DNA of 64,000 nucleotides from Octopus sinensis (Eukaryota): NCBI RefSeq assembly GCF_006345805.1, contig NW_021833278.1, positions 13,182 to 77,181 of the forward strand, read 5' to 3'. Shown piece by piece: positions 54,110 to 64,000 of this stretch (position 1 is its first letter; each line of letters starts with the position of its first letter). The notes under the pieces were generated by a model. It saw only the letters and a program-made list of their open reading frames with translations, ran no database searches and was not told where the DNA came from. The position numbers and the translations under genes were made by a program.

Positions 54110-55500
54110 TCTACTATCGGGACAAGGCCTGAAATTTGGATGATGCAGAGCTGTTTAGTCAATTACACCAACCCTCACTGCTCAACTGGTAGTTATTTTA
54201 TTTACCCCGAAGGCGGCGAGCTGGCAGAAACGTTAAAACGCCGGGCGAAATGCGAAGTCGTATTTCGTCTGCCATTACGTTCTGAGTTCAAATTCCGCCG
54301 AGGTCGACTTTGCCTTTCATCCTATATAATCGGTTTAATCCGTTTGTCTGTCCTTGTTTGTCATCTCTGTGTTTAGTCCTTTGCGGGTAGTAAAGAAGTA
54401 AAGAAGAAATATTTTATTTACCCAGAAAGAATGAAAGATAAAGTCTACATCGGCGGATTTTCAACTCAGCAAAGAGCCATAAGAAATGCTAAACATTTTT
54501 TCCGGGGTTTTAACAATTCTGCCTACTTCGGAATGAATTTCTCTCTCAGTACCACACTACGTTCAGTAATCACAGGGTTCAAAGTAAAGCATCACTATGT
54601 ACTACTTCTTCTTTAGGAACCTTCTAGACTTCTTAAAGAGGGTTGATTCCATCACCTTTGGTATTAAGTCTGTTTCGAACTTAACTTACAGGGATCATCA
54701 TATGTGAGTTTATCCAGGCCTTTTAGGCGTTGAAGCTGAGACTAGGAGAAAAATTCCGCCCCACCGCTGATTGGAGCGCCAGTCCGTTCCCAGGCTAAAT
54801 TCTTCCTCCTCCTTTAAAAATAATAATAATCCTTTCTACAGTGACACAAGGCCTGGAATTTCGGGGGAAGGGTCTTGTTGATTGTATCAACCCCTGTACT
54901 CAACTGATATTTCTTTCATCGGCGCTCAAAAGATGAAGGGCAAAGTCGGCTTCGGCAGGATTTGAACTCAGAGCGTAAAGATTTAGAAAAAATGCTACTT
55001 TGCATTTTGTCTTATCGATTCTGCCCGATCTCTACCTTAAGTGGTTTCAAATTTTGGCATCTGCAGTTTTGAGTGGGGAAGTTTGTTGGTTACATCTACT
55101 CCAGTACTTGACTAGTACTTTATGTTATCGACCCCCAAAAGTATCAAAAGAAAAGTCGACCTCGGCAGAATTTGAACTTAGATCTAAAATACCGGAATAA
55201 ACACAACGAAGCATTTTCCCGATGCGCAAACGATTCTGCCAGTTAACCGCTTTACTTCGATCACCAACGTTACCAGCTGATTAGCTCAAAGAAAGTAATA
55301 TTGAAAATATCTTTGAAAAATTAAGGCCGTTAAAAGATGTATCTCTCGTCCTACATGCACCTGTCCCCAGTACCCATATAAAATTGTGAACCGCCACTCA
55401 AATTGATGAAAATTGGCTATTGCAGAATTTGAACTCAGAAAGTAAAAGCGAACGAAATTCCGCTAAGCAACGATTCTGCCAGCTCACCGCCTTAGTTATC
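54110..55500. mobile_element. Cluster of SINE family 1 copies on both strands
   Basis: Multiple core matches. Confidence 0.75.
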
Positions 55501-55884
55501 AGCAAAATATTGAGATCTAGATAATCGATTGTATCGCCCACGTATATATCTCTATATCTATATACATATATATATATCTGTATGCATACACACACACACA
55601 TATTTATATGTATAACTATATACGTATAGACTGAGAAGCTGCATCAACGGCGAAATACTTATCTGTCGCTCGCGCAGCCACTTTTGATGCAATATCGTTC
55701 CGCCTAACTCTGAAGTATACATGGCGTTTTTTAACATAATACGTATATATAGACATTTTTCCCGGACAAAAGCCGCAACGTCTGACTTTTCAATAACGCA
55801 AACATGTTAAGTGTGTTACGCTGATACAGGCTTTACAGTAGATCTGCTGGTACTGCATAATTAGAATCTCTCTCTCTCTCTCTC

Positions 55885-55938
<54 letters not shown>

Positions 55939-56131
55939 CTTGTCTATCTATCTAGCTAGCTATCTGTCTATCTGCTTATCAATCAATCAATCAAGCAATC
56001 TCTCTATCTATCGCTATCTCTCTCACTATATATGCGTGTATATACATATATATATATATATAAAAAGGAAATGAAGAAAATGCTGACAAAATAATTTAAG
56101 TAATTTAAGTAATTTAATTAGGTGAAAGTTC

Positions 56132-56201
<70 letters not shown>

Positions 56202-56464
56202 TGTATGTGTGTGTGTGTAGTGTGTGTGTACCAGTATTGGAACTGCTTGTTGTTTGGAGTAGAGTCGCTAGAATGATGGACAAAACATCTCGTGGTATTT
56301 TTTAATGTACCTCCCTCTTTCTTCTCCCCTCTTCTCTATTCATTGATTTTTATACAATATTATCACAATCATATTAAATTATTCTATTTCGTTGTGCTCT
56401 TTCCTGAAAATATAGTATGAAGAAATATTCTTGTTATATCTACGAAATATCTCTTTAAAAGTGT

Positions 56465-56965
56465 CACACACACACACTTTCATAGCCTGTATTTGTGGTG
56501 TTTGTTGCAATAATTAACAACACACAGGGCGGTGGACTGGCAGAATCGTAAGCGCGCCAGATGAAATGCTTAGCGGTATTTCGCCCGTTGAAAGGCGGCG
56601 AGCTGGCAGAAACGTTAGTACGCCGGATGAAATGCTTAGCGGTATTTCGTCTGTCATTACGTTCTGAGTTCAAATTCCGCCGGGGTCGACTTTGCCTTTC
56701 ATCCTCTCGGGGTCGATAAATTAAGTACCAGTTAAGCACTGGGGGTCGATATAATCGACTTAATACCTATGTCTGTCCATGTTTGTCTCCTCTATGTTTA
56801 GCCCCTTGTGGGTAATAAAGAAATAGGTATTTCGCCCGTTGCTTTGTTCTGAGTTCAAATTCCGCTGAGGTCGACTTTGCCTTTCATTCTTTCGGGGTCG
56901 ATAAATTAAGTACCAATGAAACACTCCCACAAAATTTCAGGCCTCGTGTCTGTAGTAGAAAAGAA
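56465..56965 (+). mobile_element. Nested SINE family 1 copies
   Basis: Duplicated head ggcgagctggcagaa and two cores. Confidence 0.85.
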
Positions 56966-57729
56966 CAATTAACAATACCGGGTTGTTAGAATTGCTAGAT
57001 AAAGGAACCCCAACTTCCTGAAATCATACCCAATTGTTCTTAAAAATGAAGGGTTATTTAGAGCTACATAGCAACAACAGCAACAACAACTCGGACGTAT
57101 AACTTTTGAAATGAAACATATATTAACACAATTGAAACAGATTTATTACTGAGAGCCACGGTGGAGTGACTGAAGCCTGTACGATCTGGTTTCCAGTACT
57201 TTTAGGATTTATATTGTCTAACGTCTTCCTGGGCCGGTATAACCAATAGTGAGTCAAGCTATACGCCTTGTTCTATTTATGTTTCAGGTTCGAATCACGC
57301 TGAGGCTGGAGTTTCCTTCGACTCTTCAAAGGTAGATGACATAAAGTACCAGTTAAAAACTGGGATTCATTAAAGTGTCTGTCTCTTCCACACATAACAC
57401 TTAGTGCACGTGATTCAATTTTTGCGGTCTGAGTTCAAATCCTGCCTAGATTGGATTTTCTTTTTATTGTTCAAGAGCAAATAAGATAAAATACCAGTTG
57501 AAAACTGGGGTCGATATAATAGTCTCTCTCCTACTCATACAACATTGGAATTTCAGTGCCCTTGGGTCAATATTGGTTGCATTTTCCTATAATTCTCCAG
57601 TGGGGTGGGGCTAAGGTAAAACAAAGCAACATACAAAAAAATGAAGATTGGTCTAAATAACCCTACCTTCACCCACCCCAAACAAATGGCAGTGTACCAA
57701 ATTGAGATGCCAACGTTTGTTTTCAGTCA

Positions 57730-58415
57730 AGCAGTGAGCTGAAAAAATCGTTAGCACGCTGGGTAAGATGTTCAGCGGGATTTCATCCGTCTGCACGATC
57801 TGAGTTCAAATTCCGCCGGGGTCCATTTTCGCTTTTCATCCCTTTCGGGGTCTATAAAATAAGCATCAGTTCAATCCCTCCCCCGAAATTGTTGGCGCTG
57901 TGGCAAAATTTGAAATTAATATAAACTTTCAGTATGGAATCGTGCAGAATGAATCTTTAGCACGCCGGCAAGATGTTCTGCGGCATTTTGTCCCTCATCG
58001 CGTTCTGAGTTCAAATTACACTGAGGTCGACTTTGCTTTTCTTCCTTTGTGGGGTCTATAAAATAAGTACTGATTGAATACAAGGGTCGATGTAATTGAC
58101 TTCCTGACCTTGTACCAAAATTGCAGGCCTGCTGGAATTAACTTTGTCGTGCATCCTTCTAGGACTCGATTACATAGATACCTATTTCTTTATTACCCAC
58201 AAGGGGCTAAACATAGAGGAGACAAACAAAGACAGACATAGGTATTAAGTCAATTACATCGACCCCAGTGCGTAACTGATACTTAATTTATCGACCCCGA
58301 AAGGATGAAAGGCAAAGTCGACCTCGGCGGAATTTGAACTCAGAACGTAACGGCAGACGAAATACCACTAAGCATTTCGCCCGGGGTGCTAACGTCTCTG
58401 CCAGCTCGCCGCCTT
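57730..58415. mobile_element. SINE family 1 copies (two diverged plus-strand, one young minus-strand)
   Basis: Core matches. Confidence 0.75.
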
Positions 58416-58584
58416 ACCAGTAACTTATACTGGTTCGATTCAATCAATTACACCTATCCTTTACACAATCGTTATCTGGTACCAAGGTTAAGAACAAGTA
58501 CAGTATGTGATCCAATTTATTTATACGGCATTGAGGAATTTTGGGAGAATGAATTAAAGAAACGTCTTTTAATCCAGTAAATCA

Positions 58585-58985
58585 AGCTAACCAACCACAT
58601 GGTTCCGGGTTCAGTCCCACTGCGTGGTACCTTGGGCAAGTGTCTTCCGCTATAGCTCCGGGCCGACCAATGCCTTGTGAGTGGATTTGGTAGACGGAAA
58701 CTGAAAGAAGCCTGTCATATATATATATATACATATATATGTATGTATGTATGTATGTGTGTGTTTGTGTGTCTGTGTTTTTGTCCCCCTAGCATTGCTT
58801 GACAACCGATGCTGGTGTGTTTACGTCCCCGTCACTTAGCGGTTCGGCAAAAGAGACCGATAGAATAAGTACTGGGCTTACAAAGAATAAGTCCCGGGGT
58901 TGATTTGCTCGACTAAAGGCGGTGCTCCAGCATCGTCGCAGTCAAAATGACTGAAACAAGTAAAAGAGTAAAGAGTAAGAGTAAT
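58585..58985 (+). mobile_element. SINE family 2 copy
   Basis: Matches 38670-39080; ends in (gtaaaga)-like short repeats. Confidence 0.85.
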
Positions 58986-59492
58986 ACCTGTTGGTCCAAC
59001 TAGTGGTAAAATGGCGGAATGGTTTAGAGCATTGAGCCGCTCTTCTGATGATCAATGAATTGTACTTTATCACAGGTGCTGCATAGAGTTCGTAACAAAG
59101 ACGAAATACTGTCTCTCCACAAACGTGGTTAACTATAAGACGTACGTATCATCTGTGATGAGCCAGTAAGAGAACCTTCTATGCTGCGGCTCACTCAACC
59201 TGATAAAAATAGCAACCAAATTCTTCCTAATTTTTCCCACTACAAGATTTAAAAGTAACAATAATAATAAACTTTGGAAAATATAGTTCTACATATGTAA
59301 ATAGTCGTGATGGGAACCGTTAACCTTCGCCAGCAGTAAGAACACTATAGAAATTACGAGTGTTAAACTCACTTATTGAACTGAAGATGGCGGAATAGGA
59401 AGCGAGTCGAAAGCATGTGTCGAAATCAGTGTGGTACTGCATGTATCTATGCATGCATTGATGTATAAGTGTATATATTCATATATATATTT

Positions 59493-59720
59493 CTTTACTA
59501 CCCACAAAGGGCTAAACATAGAGGAGACAAACAAAGACAGATAAAGGGATTAAGTCGATTACATCGACCCCAGTGCGAAACTGGTACTTAATTTATCGAC
59601 CTCGAAAGGATGAATGGCAAAGTCGACCTTGGTGGAATTTGAACTCAGAACGTAACGACAGACGAAATACCGCTAAGCATTTCGCCCGGCGTGCTAACGT
59701 TTCTGCCAGCTCGCCGCCTA
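59493..59720 (-). mobile_element. SINE family 1 copy
   Basis: Reverse-complement core. Confidence 0.85.
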
Positions 59721-60239
59721 ATATTCATATATATATATATATGTATGCATGTATGTATCTATGTATGCATGTATATATATACATGTATGTATTCTCACAT
59801 ATGTACGTATGCACGTATGTATATATGAGTACATGGATGTATGCATTTATACATATATGAAAGTATTTATATGAATGTATATCATATATCATATATATAT
59901 ATCATATATCATATATCATACGTATATGCGTGCGCGTGTGTATGTTTATTTATGTAAATATGTGTGTGTATGTGTGGTAGTTAGCACAGCTATACAATTG
60001 AAAGAGAGTGCGGCGTTCGAAACCCGCAGGTGATGTTACAGCCTCTCCTAGCATTTTCAATTTTATAATTAAATATATGTATGCATTTATTTAAATACCT
60101 AGGTATGTACATATCTATGAATGTACAATAAAAACTTAGATAAAACTTAAGATATGTTTCGACCAAAGATTAGCACCACTTTATAGGATTATCTAAATCC
60201 TTTTTAAGTCAAGTTTTGTTTATGGTACATTCAAGTAGT

Positions 60240-60625
60240 GAGATCTTGTTGAGTGAGTTGTATCCAGGTATGGGTGGCTTATCTGGTATTCCTTAAAGAA
60301 ATCTGTCCAGACTCCGTTTAAAGGTGATGGGACCCTTTTCCTCTTTAATCAGTTTTGGGACAATGTTAAACAGGGCAAGGCCTGTCGAGGAAAAGAAATT
60401 ATGTCGCAGTGTACCTATATGTTGTGATCTTGAATTGGGCAGGAGACGTATGGCCCGTGGTCCCAGCCTTGGATGAACCTTGAAACTAATATTCAGGTCA
60501 TTTGGGCAATGCTGGCAGTATATTCTCCACAGCGTACAAATGATGTAACACTCGCGGCGGCGCTGGAGAGAGTAGAGTTCCAAGGCTTTGAGGCGGTCCC
60601 AGTAATCGAGATCAATCATGCCCAT
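60240..60625 (-). mobile_element. CR1/L2-group LINE 3' fragment
   Basis: LDYWDRLKALELYSLQRRRE...FKRSLDRFL.GIPDKP..PGY resembles the CR1-group RT C-terminus. Confidence 0.8.
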
Positions 60626-61335
60626 GTATGTATGTATATAAATATGTTTGTATGTATGTGTTTATGTATGTATGTATGTATGTATGTATGTATGTATGTA
60701 TGTATGTATGTATGTATGTATGTATGTACGTATGTATGCATGAATTTATATATTGAAGACTTGAAGACTTGAACACCTATGAAGATTCATGAAATTTTGA
60801 TATTTCGTAACATTATTTTTTTGGAAATATATTCAATTCGGGAAAAATCTGGATTAGCTTAATTTAAATTTGACTAATTGGGGCCGGTAGTAGCAACTTT
60901 CATTAAATCATCCCGTTTGCAGAAACGCAACGTGTACCGGTAATGTATATACTTACTTTAGTATAATTATACTGGAAATTGTGTTTTTAATTCAGGTTGT
61001 CTACATAGAGGAATTACTAAGGTTTCGCATGCAGTGACGGCTAAGATCTTTGGGTATACTTCATAATAAAGTTCAGAATGAAAAATAAACACGGTTGACA
61101 AGTCAGAAATTTACATAAAAGAATAAAATATGCGTGAGTGAGAGAGAAAAGGGGGAGGAAGATAGATAGATGTGCACGCATATGTGGCTGCATGCATATG
61201 TACGTGTTCACATGTATATACGTACATGCGTATGCACTTCATCTACACACACAAACACACACACATATTCATATATATATATGTATAGCAGATACACATA
61301 CAGACACAGACGCACATAATATGCATGGATGTATG

Positions 61336-61397
<62 letters not shown>

Positions 61398-61418
61398 AAA
61401 AATACATACATACATACA

Positions 61419-61449
<31 letters not shown>

Positions 61450-62413
61450 TGATATATATCTGCGTATATGTATGTATATGTTTGTGTCTATGCATATATG
61501 CATAGGCATAAATATATACACTCATATCGATATCAATATATATGCTTATATGTATGTACATATATACATATTTGTGTGTGTATGTGTGTGTGAGTGTGTG
61601 TGGGGGGAGGGCATTCTCTCCCCAAAAGCTAAAAGCAACCAACAATGTTTTTTTAAAAAAGTTTCGAGTCTATGATCCAAACAAGTCCAAAGCCAAAATC
61701 TCTCAAGAGGGGCGCTGAGTAATTTAAATGCATATCTAAATTCGCCATTAATTACTGGAACAAATCTAATATTACAACAGATGGCTAATTAATTCATCAC
61801 AGATGTTTTCATATATCTCTAATATAATGTTAGCACCTGCTCTATAGCTAAAATCTTGGTCAACGACTGTCTATACTTTCTTTTCATATTCCAAATTGCA
61901 ATGTCTGTTCTGTTAGCCTATATTTTTTCTGGAGTTTTGACAGAAGCTTTTGTACCAGCATTCTTTTATATTATGGTTGGGTATACCTTGCATATCATTG
62001 TATCTTGTAATTTGTTTGTCTTCAATAGCATTCTTTCTCCTACTGGCATGTATGTATATATGTATACATATATACGTGTATGTATGTATTTGTGTACATA
62101 TGTATATATATGTATAAACGTGTATGTATCTACAAATGTATGAATGTATGTTAGTAAAGAAGTCATTGTATGTGTGGGTTTTTTATGTGTATGCCTTTCT
62201 GTGTCACTATACTTCTATTCATATGTGTACATGTGTATACCAGTATGTATATGCGCATTCATGTGTATATATACACTCTCTCTATAGTTGAAAGGATCAC
62301 CTCAACGGCAACGATTTCACCGTCTTGATTCACTTGTGTTATGTATATGTATGTTTTTATGAATGTGTACATATGTATGTATATATATATATTTGTATAT
62401 ATATATATATATA

Positions 62414-62444
<31 letters not shown>

Positions 62445-62558
62445 TATATGCATGTAACTATATATATATGTGTGCGAGTGTCTATATATATACATATATA
62501 TGAGCATGTTTGCATATATATAGGTATATAAGTATGCATTTATGTATGTATGTATAAT

Positions 62559-62601
<43 letters not shown>

Positions 62602-62651
62602 TAATAATAATAATAATAATAACAATAATAATAGTGAAATGCTACACTTAC

Positions 62652-62783
62652 ATTTTTCCATCGGAGCAGATCGCTAGCCCTCTCGTCGTTTATTGGCACC
62701 GTCTGTACTGGTTCAAACATCACCGCTGCTACGCTTAACAAAACCACTAGCACAATCATATTCTTGTATATACTGTGTTCCAT
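62652..62783 (-). CDS. Gene C coding exon 1: MEHSIYKNMIVLVVLLSVAAVMFEPVQTVPINDERASDLLRWKN
   Basis: Third paralog of the signal-peptide exon; canonical donor GTAAGT at 62651. Confidence 0.88.
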
Positions 62784-63697
62784 TTTTTAGATCTCAACTC
62801 AGTTCTCTCTTTTAAAAACTTCCAAATTATATTTCAACTGATTTCAATGGAGCCAGATATAAGGCAGCCCACAAAACGATTCTTATGAAGTCCAAAGAAC
62901 AAAATCACCTGTAAATATATCGTTTATAGTTCTTTGTTTTTTTTTTTTTACTTTCCCCTCTTCTTTGTTTGTGGTTCGGGTTTCTGTTCTTTCTTGTCTG
63001 TGTGGTCAGTGCTGTTGTTGCGTCTCGTTTTGGTTCGTTCTCCTATGGAAGCGGCGACTCTCTTTTATAGCCGTATTACTCCTCCCAGTCGTTCACAACG
63101 GCACGCCATTTTGCGAGGGAGGAGAATGAACGTGTAAGTGTGTGTATGCCGTATGCAGGTGTGTGTGCATGCTTGTCTGTATATGTGTATGTGTGTGCAT
63201 GTGTGTGTGTACGTGTACACGGTGACCTGCAGGTGTATGTGTGTTCCAAGGTGCGTATATGTTCGCGTGTGAGTGCGTGCGTGCGTGAGTGTGTGAGTGT
63301 GTGTGTGGAAATAGAAAAAATATGATGAAAAAGAACAAAAAGAAAAACGATAAAGGACAAAAAGAAACAAAAAACGAAGGAGAAGAAGAAGAAAGAAGAA
63401 GAAGAAGAAGAAGAAGAAGAAGAAGAAGAAGAAGAAGAAGAAAAGATTAGCCAGAACTGGTGACCATTATTCTTGCCCTCTAGTCTAATAATAGTGACCA
63501 TTATTATCGTCATCATCATCATTATTATTATTATTATTATATTATTATTATTATTATTATTATTATATTATTATTATTATCATCATCATCATCATCATCA
63601 CATCATCATCATCATCATCATCATCATCATTATTATTATATTATTATCATTATTTTATATTATTATTATCATTATTAATTATTATTATGTATTATTA

Positions 63698-63738
<41 letters not shown>

Positions 63739-64000
63739 TTTTATATCATTATCATTATTTTATTATCATTATTATTATTATTATTATCATTAGTGATGTT
63801 GTTGTTGTTGTTGTTGTGGTATGATATCATATTTTTATTTGTTTAGGGAGGCTCATTCGTTCTAATCAAAACAAAGGCCAGTCCCCCCACCCCCGTCATA
63901 ATCGAAGTAAATGGAATTTGATTGGTTGTTATCGAATACTTTTTATCCTTCCAGCTTCACACTGATTGGAAGAACGAGAACATGCATGCACACATGCGCA

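Overview
Repeat-saturated eukaryotic DNA, most consistent with an Octopus genome (inferred from the tRNA-derived SINE families, Penelope-like repeats and dense TA/TATG/AAT microsatellites). Most entries in the six-frame ORF track are microsatellite or LINE artefacts. Mobile elements include several SINE families, R4/Dong-type RLE LINE remnants, CR1- and RTE-like fragments, two Tc1/mariner derivatives, a Buster/SPIN-type hAT remnant, MITEs and a non-autonomous Helitron. Main result: a minus-strand tandem cluster of three paralogous two-exon genes, invisible as single ORFs because a phase-0 intron splits them. Gene A is 23137-23006 + 19908-19741, gene B is 28906-28775 + 27259-27129, and gene C is 62783-62652 + 37502-37362. 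Each encodes a ~90-99 aa secreted precursor with a near-invariant signal peptide and a C-terminal Cys-X6-Cys peptide: NDPCIWNVISCV-KRKK in C, the same in B once a 1-nt frameshift is corrected, and DDDFEAPCLWGDVHCL in A. The ring fits the allatostatin-C/somatostatin/urotensin-II superfamily. The conserved signal with a hypervariable mature ring is the pattern seen in venom-recruited hormone mimics (inference). Second result: a 346-bp retrozyme-like unit with 53-bp terminal redundancy and an almost canonical type I hammerhead ribozyme (53236-53278, minus strand).
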